This document shows positions 18,646 to 31,704 of a stretch of DNA of 64,000 bases, in pieces (the first letter of the stretch is position 1; each line of letters starts with the position of its first letter). A program made the position numbers and the translations under genes. The notes under the pieces are model-generated. The model did no database searches. It worked only from the letters and a program-made list of their open reading frames with translations, and was not told where the DNA came from. The stretch lies in contig CAXXVL010000002.1 of assembly GCA_963667845.2 (NCBI GenBank), forward strand, positions 3,360,001 to 3,424,000. The letters are read 5' to 3'. This stretch comes from Smithellaceae bacterium. GTDB taxonomy: Bacteria > Desulfobacterota > Syntrophia > Syntrophales > Smithellaceae.

Positions 18646-19928
18646 TGGATCACCAAAATGATGATGCTTTTGGCGAGGCCAGCCAAGTCATAGCAGGCGG
18701 CGTGAATTCACCGGTGCGCGCCTGGAAATCGGTTGGCGGCAATCCGGTTTTTATCGACCGTGCACAGGGCAGCAGGATTTATGATTCTTCGGGAAAAGAA
18801 TATATCGACTATGTTCTATCCTGGGGGCCGATGATTCTGGGTCACGCCCATCCGGAGGTTGTAACTGCGATCTGCAAAGCGGCCGGGAAAGGAACCAGTT
18901 TCGGCGCTCCCACTCGTGCCGAAACTGTGATGGCAAGGCTCATCTGTGAAGCGATTCCATCTATTGAGCGGGTCAGAATGACGAGCTCCGGTACGGAAGC
19001 CACCATGACGGCAATTCGTCTCGCCCGCGGCTACACGGGCAAGAAAATGATCATCAAGTTTGATGGTTGTTACCATGGCCACGCCGATTCACTGCTGATT
19101 AAAGCGGGGTCAGGCGTCACGACGCTCGGCATTCCGGGCTCTCCGGGAATTCCTGAAGAACTCGCCAGACTCACGCTGAGCCTGCCTTATAATGATATGG
19201 CCGCACTGGAAAAAGCAGTTGAGCGCCATGCATCCCAACTCGCTGCGATTATCGTTGAGCCGGTTGCCGGAAACATGGGTGTTGTTCCCCCGCAAGAGGG
19301 CTTCTTGAAAAAATTGCGGGAACTGACCTCCAAAAACAATATTGTGCTCATTTTTGACGAAGTCATTACAGGATTCCGCTTCCACTTCGGCGGTTACCAA
19401 AACTTGATCAATATCAAGCCGGACCTGACGTGCCTGGGCAAGATCATCGGCGGCGGTCTGCCGGTGGGAGCCATAGGCGGGAAAGAAGAAATTATGGAGA
19501 GACTTGCGCCGACGGGAGATGTTTATCAGGCAGGGACCCTTTCCGGCAATCCGCTGGCGATGAGTGCCGGAATCGTTACGCTGCAAATTCTGAAATCCAA
19601 GATCGCTTCTTTTCCGTCACTGGCAAATCAAGCAGACGGTCTGTGTCGCGAAATGGAAAGTCTATTTTCGAAGCAGGGCATTGCTGTCTGTATTAATAAA
19701 GTCTTTTCAATGTTTACCCTTTTCTTCCAGGAAGGACCCGTCAATGATCTAGCAAGCGCATTAGAGTCCGATATAAGCCTTTATGCTCGATTCTTTCACG
19801 GCATGCTGCAAAATGGCATCTGGCTGGCGCCGTCTCAATTTGAGGCCGGTTTCTTATCTTTTGCACACACGAGTGAAGACACGGATCGGACACTTGATGC
19901 CTGCGTAAAGACGTTGAAAAATCTATGA
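18645..19928 (+). CDS. hemL: Glutamate-1-semialdehyde 2,1-aminomutase
   Basis: GGVNSPVRA, SGTEATM, GCYHGH, FDEVITGFR, GKIIGGGLPVG, YQAGTLSGNP. Confidence 0.98.
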   Translation: MDHQNDDAFGEASQVIAGGVNSPVRAWKSVGGNPVFIDRAQGSRIYDSSGKEYIDYVLSWGPMILGHAHPEVVTAICKAAGKGTSFGAPTRAETVMARLICEAIPSIERVRMTSSGTEATMTAIRLARGYTGKKMIIKFDGCYHGHADSLLIKAGSGVTTLGIPGSPGIPEELARLTLSLPYNDMAALEKAVERHASQLAAIIVEPVAGNMGVVPPQEGFLKKLRELTSKNNIVLIFDEVITGFRFHFGGYQNLINIKPDLTCLGKIIGGGLPVGAIGGKEEIMERLAPTGDVYQAGTLSGNPLAMSAGIVTLQILKSKIASFPSLANQADGLCREMESLFSKQGIAVCINKVFSMFTLFFQEGPVNDLASALESDISLYARFFHGMLQNGIWLAPSQFEAGFLSFAHTSEDTDRTLDACVKTLKNL

Positions 19929-20021
19929 CCGCCTCATTGACAAGCATCACTCAATACGGTATTACATCTTTCCTTTTTTCACCCAATACAAATACCTGCT
20001 GACCGAGGAGTCTACTAATCA

Positions 20022-21341
20022 ATGAAGAAAAACTTAACTGCACAGTCTTTTTATGCCGGGAAAAATAAAATTGCCGTTATGGGTCTGGGATATGTCGGCT
20101 TGCCGCTGGCGGCGCATTTATCAAAGCATTTCAACGTAATAGGCTTCGATATTAGTGAAGCCAATGTCGCCGAACTGAAAAAAGGCCATGATCGGACAAT
20201 GGAAGTGACCGATGTCGAATTAAAGAAGGCAAACATTCATTTCACATCAAAACCGGCGGAACTCTCCACCTGTAAATTATTCATTGTCGCCGTTCCCACA
20301 CCCGTTGATCATTTTCATGTTCCCGACCTGACCGCCATGGAAAATGCTTCTGCGATTATCGGCAGGCATATGTCAGCCGGGTCTTGCGTTGTATATGAAT
20401 CAACCGTCTATCCGGGCGTAACGGAAGACGTATGCGTTCCCATCCTGGCGCGTGAATCGAAGTTAAAGTTCGGCAGAGATTTTACGGTAGGGTATTCGCC
20501 TGAACGGATCAATCCCGGAGATAAAGTGCATACCGTTGATAATACCGCCAAGATCATTTCCGCTTCCGATTCTGCAACTTTGAATTTACTGGAAGGCATA
20601 TACAGCGCTGTCGTCAAAGTCGGCCTGCACAAGGCATCGTCCATCAAAGTTGCCGAAGCCGCAAAGGTTATTGAAAACACCCAGCGCGATATCAATATTG
20701 CCTTAATGAATGAACTGGCCATTATTTTCAATAAAATGGGCATTGACACTCTCGAAGTCCTTGAGGCTGCAGGCACAAAATGGAACTTCCTCAATTTTCG
20801 ACCGGGCCTGGTTGGCGGGCATTGTATCGGAGTCGATCCTTACTATCTGACCTATAAAGCGGAGAGCATCGGCTACCGGCCGGAAGTCATTCTTTCCGGT
20901 CGAAGAATTAACGACAACATGGGCAAATATGTGGCCGAAAAGACCGTTAAAATGCTTATCGCCGCCGACGTCCAGGTCAAGAAGGCCCGAGTCGCAATTC
21001 TGGGCCTGTCCTTTAAAGAAAATGTTCCTGACTTGCGCAATACGCGGGTCGTAGATATTATTGAAGAGCTGAAAGATTATGGCGTCACCGTTCTGGCGCA
21101 TGATCCGCTCGCCATTCCGGAAGAAGCGCGCAAGCACTGCGGCGTTGAACTTGTGCCCTTGAAAGAAATTAAAGATGTGGATGCCGTTATTCTTGCTGTA
21201 GCCCATCGAGAATATCAGGAATTGGGAATAGAGAGGATATCCTCACTATGCCGGAAAGGCCGGTCGATTCTTCTCGATATTAAGACCGTTTTCACACCGG
21301 ATCAGGCTCGATTGCTAGGCATCAATTATTGGCGTTTATAA
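20022..21341 (+). CDS. UDP-N-acetylhexosamine 6-dehydrogenase (WbpO/TviB-like)
   Basis: [61 protein letters not shown]. Confidence 0.92.
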   Translation: MKKNLTAQSFYAGKNKIAVMGLGYVGLPLAAHLSKHFNVIGFDISEANVAELKKGHDRTMEVTDVELKKANIHFTSKPAELSTCKLFIVAVPTPVDHFHVPDLTAMENASAIIGRHMSAGSCVVYESTVYPGVTEDVCVPILARESKLKFGRDFTVGYSPERINPGDKVHTVDNTAKIISASDSATLNLLEGIYSAVVKVGLHKASSIKVAEAAKVIENTQRDINIALMNELAIIFNKMGIDTLEVLEAAGTKWNFLNFRPGLVGGHCIGVDPYYLTYKAESIGYRPEVILSGRRINDNMGKYVAEKTVKMLIAADVQVKKARVAILGLSFKENVPDLRNTRVVDIIEELKDYGVTVLAHDPLAIPEEARKHCGVELVPLKEIKDVDAVILAVAHREYQELGIERISSLCRKGRSILLDIKTVFTPDQARLLGINYWRL

Positions 21342-21363
21342 AACGCTCACATTGGGAGTCAAT

Positions 21364-23366
<2,003 letters not shown>

Positions 23367-23429
23367 TGAACGGCGGTCATGTTTTTGATTGACTTTGTCA
23401 TGAGCGCATGTTAAGGAGCGCATCACTAA

Positions 23430-23714
23430 ATGGATAGCGAAACCAAAAAATTGAGCATCCAGATGGCATTTGCCAGCAGCATTGGAATCGCTATGGTTCT
23501 GGCGATTTTTGGTTGCCTCCTTTTAGGAAGTTATTTGGATCGTAAGTTCGATTCCGGTCATGTATTCACAGTTGTTTTCCTGTTGATCGGGATTTCAGCC
23601 GGGTTTCGAAACATTTATGTTTTGATTAAGAAAAATTTCAAGGATGACGAATCCATCATAAAGAGTTTGAAAAGTGAACCTCATCGTCAAAGACCCGCTC
23701 CAAAAAAGACTTGA
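23430..23714 (+). CDS. atpZ: AtpZ/AtpI-family small membrane protein
   Basis: Two TM helices with GSYLDRKF and GISAGF; first gene before atpI-atpB. Confidence 0.82.
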   Translation: MDSETKKLSIQMAFASSIGIAMVLAIFGCLLLGSYLDRKFDSGHVFTVVFLLIGISAGFRNIYVLIKKNFKDDESIIKSLKSEPHRQRPAPKKT

Positions 23715-24069
23715 AATTGCCAACTGGATTATTCTGGCGATTCTTTTTATCCCTTCTCTTATTTTTGCTCCGATAAAATTTTCTTTAGGCGTTCTACTGG
23801 GCGGTTTTATCAGTATCCTGAATTTCTACGGTATGGAATTCGGATTGCGCAGTCTTTTCAAGAATCCGTCCGGCAATGTCAAACGGCCGACCATGATCAA
23901 ATACTACATTCGCCTGGCCCTGACGGCTGTTGTTTTATTCTTTTTGATTTCCGCCGATACTGTCAATGTCATCGGCCTGATTTTTGGACTTTCCGTGGTA
24001 GTCATCAACATCATTTTCACGGTGATCACTACCCTGGCAAAAAAAAACTTTATTGAGGAGGTTAGTTAG
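23674..24069 (+). CDS. atpI: ATP synthase protein I
   Basis: Four-TM protein (GVLLGGFISILNF, YYIRL) directly upstream of atpB. Confidence 0.82.
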   Translation: MNLIVKDPLQKRLEIANWIILAILFIPSLIFAPIKFSLGVLLGGFISILNFYGMEFGLRSLFKNPSGNVKRPTMIKYYIRLALTAVVLFFLISADTVNVIGLIFGLSVVVINIIFTVITTLAKKNFIEEVS

Positions 24070-24075
24070 AAACAA

Positions 24076-24747
24076 ATGGAACCCCTAATATTCTTCCACA
24101 CGACTTGGCTCAAAGATGTGGGCATTAATATGACCATTGTTTTCAATACATTGTTTATCGTTCTCCTGCTTTCCGTGCTTTCATTCCTGGCCACCAGGCG
24201 CCTGCAAGTTTATCCGGGCCGCCTGCAAAATGTCATGGAGGTCATCATTGACGGCTTTCATTCATTATTGCTCGACACAATGGGGCATGCCGGAAAAAAA
24301 TTCTTTCCCCTGATCGCTACCCTGGGACTGTTCATTCTGACCTCCAACCTGGTGGGAATCATTCCGGGATTTGAATCCCCGACGGCCAACATCAATACAA
24401 ACCTCGCCATGGCTCTGGTCGTTTTCTTCTCGACACACGTCGTCGGTATCATGACCCACGGTTTCAAGTACGTGAAACAGTTCCTGGGCCCTGTCTGGTG
24501 GTTGATTCCCCTGATGCTGCCGATCGAAGTGATCAGCCATCTGTCACGGCCGTTGTCGCTGACCTTCCGGTTATTTGGTAATATCGCAGGTGAAGACATC
24601 GTTCTGCTCGTCGTCCTGCTTCTGGTACCGCTGCTGGTTCCGCTGCCCATCATGGTTCTGATGATTTTCACGTCGATTGTCCAGACGCTGGTTTTCATGC
24701 TCCTGGCCATGATGTATATCGGCGGTGCAATGGAAGAAGGCCATTAA
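24076..24747 (+). CDS. atpB: ATP synthase Fo subunit a
   Basis: [35 protein letters not shown] (essential Arg), VQTLVFMLL. Confidence 0.97.
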   Translation: MEPLIFFHTTWLKDVGINMTIVFNTLFIVLLLSVLSFLATRRLQVYPGRLQNVMEVIIDGFHSLLLDTMGHAGKKFFPLIATLGLFILTSNLVGIIPGFESPTANINTNLAMALVVFFSTHVVGIMTHGFKYVKQFLGPVWWLIPLMLPIEVISHLSRPLSLTFRLFGNIAGEDIVLLVVLLLVPLLVPLPIMVLMIFTSIVQTLVFMLLAMMYIGGAMEEGH

Positions 24748-24809
24748 TAACAACTTGCGTTCGTGAGCAACGAAGATTGTTCCGAACGGCACTCCCTGCA
24801 ATTGAAACT

Positions 24810-24848
24810 AAAGCAGCTGACGGCACCCGCTATCAGCTGCTTTTTTTT
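24810..24848 (+). terminator. Intrinsic terminator after atpB
   Basis: GCAGCTGACGGC-ACCC-GCTATCAGCTGC followed by T8. Confidence 0.85.
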
Positions 24849-24968
24849 CGGTCCAATCTGTCCGGGGAATTGTCTTCTGAAGTTATTTATGAATTATGGT
24901 ATCTGATGCTTGACGACGCGGTGCAATCGTAATATTGACCATGCGGATAATATTTTAAGGGAGTTCTT

Positions 24969-27900
24969 ATGTATAGCCTGGGAATCAATATCGGCTCTTC
25001 AAATGTTAAGGTAGCCATGCTTGACGGAAGTCAGCTCCTATGGAGTGCCGTGGAACCGCACGAAGGCAATTTTCTCGATACACTCAAAAAAATTCTCTCT
25101 AAACGCGAATTGCCCAAAGACGTCAAAGCGCTGTCCACAGGCACGGAAGGCCGTCATCTGTTAAATATGAACAGCGTCATCGAACCGCTGTGCATCGAAG
25201 AAGCGCTGCAAAAACTCAATGATCAGATTGACGCGCTGGTCTCTCTGGGCGGCGAAGATCTCGTTGTCTACACCCTGGATAAAAGCAACAAGATTATCAC
25301 CAGCTTTTCCGGCAACAAGTGCGCTTCGGGCACCGGTGAATTTTTCAAACAACAGCTTGCGCGGATGAACATGAAACTTGCGGATATTAATAACATTCCC
25401 AAAAACAGCTGCGCTTTGAAGCTCTCTTCACGCTGTTCTGTTTTCATGAAAAGCGATTGCACGCACCGCCTCAATAAAGGTGAAGCCAATACGGGCGATA
25501 TCGTTTTATCTCTGAGCGACGTGATGGCGATCAAAGTCATCGACTTTCTGAAAAGAGCCAGAATCGAAAAAGGGAAAGTCCTGCTGGTCGGCGGTGTAAC
25601 ACAGAATCAGTACATTCTGCGCTACATCCGTGAACGCATGCCGCAAATTGAATTTGTTGTTCCCGACCAGGCGCCCTATTTTGAAGCCTATGGCGCGGCC
25701 CTGATGGCGGAAACATCCGGCAGCAGTTTACCGCCCCTCAGCGCCTTGTTCAAAAGCAGCCATATTCAATTTAAAAGATTCAAAAGCCTGCAGACCGCAG
25801 AAGGCAGAGTCACCTACCTGCCTTCACAAAAAGGAAAAGTGGCCGCCGGCCACGAATATATTCTCGGCGTCGACGGCGGATCCACCACGACGAAAGCCTG
25901 CCTCATCGACATCGAAACCAATGAAGTCACTGCCTCGTTCTATGGGCGCACGCATGGTGATCCGGTCAGTGCGCTCAAAAATTGCCTGGTAGAGATGAAA
26001 ACACAGATCCGTGAAGACATCGGCGACGGTAAAATCAGCATCACGCTGGCTTCCACAACCGGCTCCTCCCGTGAGATCCTCGGCGTCTTTCTGGAAACAC
26101 CCGCCGTGTACAATGAAATCATTGCGCACGCCGTCGGCACATCGTTCTACCGCGATAATATCGATACCATTTTTGAAATCGGCGGCCAGGACGCCAAGTA
26201 TGTTTCGCTGAAGAACAAGGTCCCGATTGATTATGCCATGAACGAAGCCTGTTCCGCGGGAACCGGATCTTTTCTGGAGGAATCGGCGCAGGGTGATCTG
26301 AATATTCCGGAGGCCGCTCTGATCGGCGACATTGCGCTCGCAGCCCGGAAACCCCTGAAATTCGGCGAGCACTGTTCCGCGTTCATTAATTCCGACATCC
26401 GCAACGCCATCCAGCAGGGCGCCTCCCGCGAGGATATTACGGCCGGTATCGTGACCTCCATCGTATCGAATTACCTTAATCGCGTTGTCGGAAACCGGAC
26501 CATCGGCAAAAATATTGTCCTGCAGGGCGGCGTTGCCAAAAACAAAGCCGTTCCGCTGGCCTTCGCCATGCTTTTGGACAAGGACATTCTCGTGCCGCCC
26601 GATCCCGAGCTCATGGGTTGCTTCGGCGTGGGGATTCTGGCCAAACAAAAACTGACTGACGGATTCCTGACCAAGACCGCGTATGATTTGGATCAAATTC
26701 TCGCAACAAGCATTGTCTACGAAAAAGAATTTCAATGTAAGGCCTGTGATAATTTCTGTCCGATCCGCATCCTCAATGTCAACGGACATAAATACATGTT
26801 CGGCGGGCGCTGTAACAAGTATGCCAATATCCGGAAAAAGAAAGTCTTCAATGAAGCCGAAGTCGTAGATTATGTCGAAAAGCGCAACGAAATTCTCTTT
26901 AAAGAATGCGCGCCCAACTCCGAGGAGCTCGTCAAGAAGAAACCGTTTGTGGTGGGGATACCCCGCTGTTTCTCCATTTACACGCTCTGGCCTCTCTATG
27001 CCTGGTTCTTCCATTCCCTGGGCATCGAAACATTTGTCTCGGAAGAGATTTCCCACGAGGGAACGGCGCGCGTGGAGAGCAGCTACTGCTTCCCTGCCGA
27101 AATCGCGCACGGGGCCGTCCAGGATATTTTCAACCGCAAAATCGATTACATTTTCCTGCCGCATTTCCGCGACATGGAAAGCTATGAGAAAAATGCGCCG
27201 GCCAATTTCTGCCCGATCACGCAGAGCCTGCCCTATTACATCAAGAAAGCCTTTCCGGAAATCCCGGATGAAAAATACCTGGCGCCGGTGGTCAGCTTCA
27301 TGTACGGAACGGAAAAAGCCGCCGAACCTTTTATCGCCATGGCCGCGAAGCTGGGGGTCAGTGAAAATGACGCCCGGAATGCTTTTGCGGTTGCTTACGA
27401 AAAGCAGATGGAATGCTTCACCAGGTTTACCGCATTGGGCACGGAGGCGCTCGAAGAGGCGCGGAAATCCAAACGGCCCGTTATCGCGATTCTGGGGCGT
27501 CCCTATAATTCATTCACCACTGACGCGAATATGGGTATCCCCCGGAAATACACGTCCCGCGGCTATTCGATAATTCCTTTTGACATTCTGCCGTTTGCCG
27601 ATCAGGCCATTTATCCCAACATGTACTGGTATTATGGCCAGCAGGACATGAAAGCCGGCATGCTGCTAAAGGATGAAGGCAACATTTTTATCACTTACAT
27701 TTCCAACTTCTCCTGCGCACCCGATTCCTTCATGCTGCATTATCTAAAATGGATCATGGGCATCAAACCCTTCCTGATTCTGGAGCTGGATTCCCATACC
27801 GCCGACGCCGGCGTGGATACCCGCATCGAGGCGTTCCTCGACATCATCGAGGGGTATCGTTCCAAACTCACGGATATCAAGGAAGAACGGTATGATAATG

Positions 27901-29279
27901 GTCTGCGCTTTATCAACCAGCCCGGCGAAGATATTCACATCAAAAATAATATAACCGGCGAAAAGATACCCATTAAGAATAATCCCCGAGTTAAACTGCT
28001 TTTATCCAACATGGGCAGGCTCTCAGCAGAATTGATCGGCGCGACGATCCGGGGTCTGGGCATCAACGCGCAAGCCATGCCTGTCCCGGATATTTACACC
28101 CTGCAGCTGGCGCGCAATCACGCGTCCGGCAAAGAATGTCTGCCGTCGCATCTGGTTCTGGGCAGCGCGCTCAAATATTTATCCTCCGACCAGTACCGCA
28201 AGGATGAAATCTATATCCTCTTTGTTCCCACCACCACCGGACCGTGCCGGACCGGCCAGTACTTTGTCTTCTACGAAAACCTTTTCAAGGATTTGCGCCT
28301 CGAAAATGTGGTGGTCTTCACGATGGATTCGGATAACTCCTATACCGAACTGGGGTCTCAATTCACCAAGTATGCCTGGTGGGCGGCCGTTATCGGCGAC
28401 TATATGAAAGACGTTGAAACATCCCTCAGAACGTGCGCTGCCGATCCGATTGACGCCATGAAGATATATGATCAGATCTGGCAGAAGATGATCCGCGTGG
28501 CCGAACAGGACATCACCAGAGTTCTGCCGGTTCTAAAGGATATTGCCGATACGATTTCGAAAATTCCTCTCGCCAGGAAAATGGAAGACTGTCCAAAAGT
28601 ATTGATCGTCGGAGAAATTTATGTCCGGCGCGATGATTTCGCGGTCGATGAGTTGATTCAGCAGTTCAGCAAGCACGGTATCGTCGGCAAGGTATCGAAT
28701 GTCGTCGAATGGTTTTACTATTGCGACTTTGTCCGGCATTATGAACTCAAGAAGAGACTGGGCCTGGTGCCTTGGTACCGTCGTGTTTTTGCCCGGGAGT
28801 TCCGGGACATCATCGACTGGAAAATAGAACATATCTATAAAAAGAATGTGGAAAAGAATATCCGCAATACCCTGGAGTCAACAGGCCTCGTCCCGCATAC
28901 ACCTCACGATATGAATGCCATCATGCAAAACACTGAAAAACATTTCGTCGGCCTGGAGTTGTATTCTGAAATCAGCATTTCCAGCGGCGTCGCCGCGACG
29001 GCCATGATGGACGGCTATTCGGGCATCGTCAACATCTCGCCGTTCGCCTGTCTGATCGGCCGCGTGATCGAAGGACTTTTCACGCCCTGGGCCAGAGAAA
29101 GAAAATATCCGGCCATCTCCATCGAAATCGACGGCAACCTTCTGCCTCCTAATGTACTTTCCAAGCTGGAAATCTTCATGCTGAACGTCAAGCGCTTTCG
29201 CGGAAAAGGCGACAACCATTCCATGGTGGAACGAAACGGCACCCAGTCTGCCGTCATCGATCGTAAGATCATCCGCTGA
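24969..29279 (+). CDS. Fused CoA-substrate enzyme activase (two HgdC/BadF-type ATPase-[4Fe-4S] domains plus DUF2229/HgdAB-like domains)
   Basis: GINIGSS..KCASGTG..RCSVF and GVDGGSTTTK..EIGGQD..MNEACSAGTG..HCSAF; CKACDNFC; CFPAEIAHG, NFSCAPDS, KECLP, GPCRTGQY, PFAC. Confidence 0.88.
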   Translation: MYSLGINIGSSNVKVAMLDGSQLLWSAVEPHEGNFLDTLKKILSKRELPKDVKALSTGTEGRHLLNMNSVIEPLCIEEALQKLNDQIDALVSLGGEDLVVYTLDKSNKIITSFSGNKCASGTGEFFKQQLARMNMKLADINNIPKNSCALKLSSRCSVFMKSDCTHRLNKGEANTGDIVLSLSDVMAIKVIDFLKRARIEKGKVLLVGGVTQNQYILRYIRERMPQIEFVVPDQAPYFEAYGAALMAETSGSSLPPLSALFKSSHIQFKRFKSLQTAEGRVTYLPSQKGKVAAGHEYILGVDGGSTTTKACLIDIETNEVTASFYGRTHGDPVSALKNCLVEMKTQIREDIGDGKISITLASTTGSSREILGVFLETPAVYNEIIAHAVGTSFYRDNIDTIFEIGGQDAKYVSLKNKVPIDYAMNEACSAGTGSFLEESAQGDLNIPEAALIGDIALAARKPLKFGEHCSAFINSDIRNAIQQGASREDITAGIVTSIVSNYLNRVVGNRTIGKNIVLQGGVAKNKAVPLAFAMLLDKDILVPPDPELMGCFGVGILAKQKLTDGFLTKTAYDLDQILATSIVYEKEFQCKACDNFCPIRILNVNGHKYMFGGRCNKYANIRKKKVFNEAEVVDYVEKRNEILFKECAPNSEELVKKKPFVVGIPRCFSIYTLWPLYAWFFHSLGIETFVSEEISHEGTARVESSYCFPAEIAHGAVQDIFNRKIDYIFLPHFRDMESYEKNAPANFCPITQSLPYYIKKAFPEIPDEKYLAPVVSFMYGTEKAAEPFIAMAAKLGVSENDARNAFAVAYEKQMECFTRFTALGTEALEEARKSKRPVIAILGRPYNSFTTDANMGIPRKYTSRGYSIIPFDILPFADQAIYPNMYWYYGQQDMKAGMLLKDEGNIFITYISNFSCAPDSFMLHYLKWIMGIKPFLILELDSHTADAGVDTRIEAFLDIIEGYRSKLTDIKEERYDNGLRFINQPGEDIHIKNNITGEKIPIKNNPRVKLLLSNMGRLSAELIGATIRGLGINAQAMPVPDIYTLQLARNHASGKECLPSHLVLGSALKYLSSDQYRKDEIYILFVPTTTGPCRTGQYFVFYENLFKDLRLENVVVFTMDSDNSYTELGSQFTKYAWWAAVIGDYMKDVETSLRTCAADPIDAMKIYDQIWQKMIRVAEQDITRVLPVLKDIADTISKIPLARKMEDCPKVLIVGEIYVRRDDFAVDELIQQFSKHGIVGKVSNVVEWFYYCDFVRHYELKKRLGLVPWYRRVFAREFRDIIDWKIEHIYKKNVEKNIRNTLESTGLVPHTPHDMNAIMQNTEKHFVGLELYSEISISSGVAATAMMDGYSGIVNISPFACLIGRVIEGLFTPWARERKYPAISIEIDGNLLPPNVLSKLEIFMLNVKRFRGKGDNHSMVERNGTQSAVIDRKIIR

Positions 29280-29285
29280 ATCCAA

Positions 29286-29328
29286 ATAAAAAGACCTCCC
29301 TCGTCATCTGCACGGGGGAGGTCTTCTT
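29286..29328. terminator. Terminator between the convergent activase and MFS genes (U-tract on the minus strand)
   Basis: AAGACCTCCCTCGT...ACGGGGGAGGTCTT stem preceded by an A-run. Confidence 0.8.
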
Positions 29329-29359
29329 ACCAAACTCTTCAAGATGATCTTCTACTGCC

Positions 29360-30595
29360 TTAGGCCTTATTTGGCGTTTTAAGCAGAATAGCCGCCAGCA
29401 CCAGACCGACAATCGCCAGGACTGCGGTAGGATAAAAGGCAACGGTGTATGTTCCGAATACGTCTTTGGCCTGACCGGAAATGATACCGCCGACAATCGC
29501 ACCCACTCCATAAGCAAAGAACACGACGCCATAATTGCGGGCGTAATTCTTCATACCAAAGAATGTCGCCGTAGCCGTGGGAGCGATCGCCAGCCAGCCG
29601 CCGAGACACAGCCAGAAGCCGATAAAACTGATCGTGTAAAGCCCGGTATCACCTTCTTTAGCGAAAATCATGATGATCGAAACGATCAGAATCATAATCA
29701 GGTTGAGAATTGCCGCATTGCGAGGTTTAATCTTGTCCGTAAGAAAGCCGAACAGCGGTCGACCGGCGGCATTGAAGATTGCAAATACGCCGACAAGCGT
29801 AGCGGCGGTCTCACTGGAAACTTTAATGATTTCGTTACCGACCGGTTTGGAAATACCGATCGCCATCAAACCGGCAATCGAACCAATGATAAAGCACAAA
29901 AACAATCCCCAGTATGATCCGGTTTTCACCATCTCGCCCGGGGTGAAATCCGCCGGTGCAACCGCTCCCGGAGCAGGTTTCCAGCCGGCAGGCGCAAAGC
30001 CGGCAGCGGGGAATCGGAACGGCAGACTTAAGACAACCAGGATAATACCGAATACAATTCCAAAAGACATAAAGGTTGCAGGCAGGCCGACCGACGGAAT
30101 CATGGCGTTGGCAATCTTGCCTGTTATCAGGGCGGATCCGCCGAAACCGGCCAGCATCAGGCCGACTGCCAGACCCTTTTTATCCGGAAACCACTTTGCG
30201 CCCATGGAAACGGGGCAGCCATAGACCAGGCCGACGCCCGATCCCGCGATGACGCCGTACGTAAATGTCAGCATCCAGATGCTGGAGGCAAAACTGGACA
30301 AGAGCCAGCCCAGACCCACGATGACGCCGCCGATGATCCCCATTTTGCGCGGCCCCATCCTTTCCATTAATCGACCGCCGAAAAACATCAGAACGGCGAA
30401 GAACGCCAGAAAAACCATAAAAGGCAAATTCGCCTGAAAGGCTGAAACACCGGGGAATGCGTCTCTAACCGGCTTCAAAAAAATGCTGTAGGCATAAACA
30501 GCTCCCAGACACACATTCATGATCAATCCCAGAATCACAAAAATCCATCTGCCGCTTGCGGCAGGCATACCAAAAACATTATCATCAGAACTCAT
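29360..30595 (-). CDS. OFA-family MFS transporter (oxalate:formate antiporter/monocarboxylate type)
   Basis: 12 TM; GAVYAYSIF, KWFPDKKGLAVG, FNAAGRPLFG, FGMKNYARNYG. Confidence 0.9.
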   Translation of the reverse strand: MSSDDNVFGMPAASGRWIFVILGLIMNVCLGAVYAYSIFLKPVRDAFPGVSAFQANLPFMVFLAFFAVLMFFGGRLMERMGPRKMGIIGGVIVGLGWLLSSFASSIWMLTFTYGVIAGSGVGLVYGCPVSMGAKWFPDKKGLAVGLMLAGFGGSALITGKIANAMIPSVGLPATFMSFGIVFGIILVVLSLPFRFPAAGFAPAGWKPAPGAVAPADFTPGEMVKTGSYWGLFLCFIIGSIAGLMAIGISKPVGNEIIKVSSETAATLVGVFAIFNAAGRPLFGFLTDKIKPRNAAILNLIMILIVSIIMIFAKEGDTGLYTISFIGFWLCLGGWLAIAPTATATFFGMKNYARNYGVVFFAYGVGAIVGGIISGQAKDVFGTYTVAFYPTAVLAIVGLVLAAILLKTPNKA

Positions 30596-30756
30596 GAAGT
30601 ACCCCCCTGTATAATTAGAAAATATTTCGATGTTGCGCTTTTATAGGTTTATATTTCAAGAGTCAATAAAAATGTCTTCAATTTGCTATAAAAATTCATC
30701 ATTAACAATTGACCGTTTTATGGTAAATGACAGTTACAAAAATCGAGGTGCAAACG

Positions 30757-31371
30757 TTGGGAGATAAAAAAATAAATGCGACCGGTATTGTTCTCGCAGG
30801 CGGCAAAAACACACGCATGGGCGAGAATAAGGCATTTCTGGAAATAGACGGCGAGCGGTTGATTAATAGAACCCTGGCCATCTTCGGACAGATTTTTTCC
30901 GAGATCATCATTGTGACAAACGATCCGCTTTCCTATACTGAATTTGCGGACGCTGCCATCGTTACGGATATATACAAAGGGAAAGGTCCGCTCGGGGGAA
31001 TCTATACCGGTTTGTTTTATTCCAAAAACGATTACGCTTTCGTCTGCCCCTGCGACATGCCTTTTCTCAATAAAGGCTTCGTTGAATATCTTCTTGCACG
31101 GACGGGAAAATATGACGTGATCGTCCCGGAAACTGTCGAAGGCTATCAACCCCTGCATGCGGTTTATTCGCGCAATTGTCTTCCTTCAATTAAAAGGCTT
31201 CTGTTGATGGATAAACTCAAGATCACCGGATTTTATCGGGACATGCGGGTTCTCGCAATCAGCGAAGAGCAGATTCGTCCTTTTAATGAAGATAGCCGTC
31301 TTTTTCAGAATCTGAACACGCCGGAGGAGCTGGAAAAGGTTCAAGGTACAGGGCCCAAGGAACAAGGTTAA
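30757..31371 (+). CDS. mobA: Molybdenum cofactor guanylyltransferase
   Basis: VLAGGKNTRMGENKA, GPLGGI, CDMPF, PLHAVY, NLNTPEE. TTG start after GAGGTG; alternative ATG at 30727. Confidence 0.93.
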   Translation: MGDKKINATGIVLAGGKNTRMGENKAFLEIDGERLINRTLAIFGQIFSEIIIVTNDPLSYTEFADAAIVTDIYKGKGPLGGIYTGLFYSKNDYAFVCPCDMPFLNKGFVEYLLARTGKYDVIVPETVEGYQPLHAVYSRNCLPSIKRLLLMDKLKITGFYRDMRVLAISEEQIRPFNEDSRLFQNLNTPEELEKVQGTGPKEQG

Positions 31372-31410
31372 ATACTCGCATTTTTTCCTTGAACCTTTCA
31401 CCTTGTTCCT
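31336..31410. repeat. Degenerate 7-nt tandem repeats (AAGGNNC) followed by inverted copies
   Basis: aaggttc aaggtac agggccc aaggaac aaggtta ... ccttgaa cctttca ccttgtt cct. Confidence 0.75.
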
Positions 31411-31643
31411 CCCCGACGGAATTCCCGGTTACATCATCTTCGTGCGCCGGAACGTTCCAGATTAATCTGCAAGCGTCTGCATGCAATAACTTCACTCTCT
31501 CATCGGTCCTTTACGTGACCGACGGCAATATCAACACGTTGGAGTTTTTCCCAGGAATCCTTGTCTTTTTAAAGGCATTTGGATGACAACTCTTTGAATA
31601 TTGGATCTTTTATTCCTTGCACAAAATGTACGCACAAAAGTCC

Positions 31644-31704
31644 TTGACAGCGCCGTTGTGGTGATGTAGGTCTTTTTCATTTTTCATGAATGAATGTTCA
31701 TTCA
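31644..31704 (+). promoter_or_regulatory. Promoter and palindromic TetR operator
   Basis: TTGACA-17-TAGGTC; perfect palindrome TGAATGAA-TG-TTCATTCA at 31687-31704. Confidence 0.72.
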
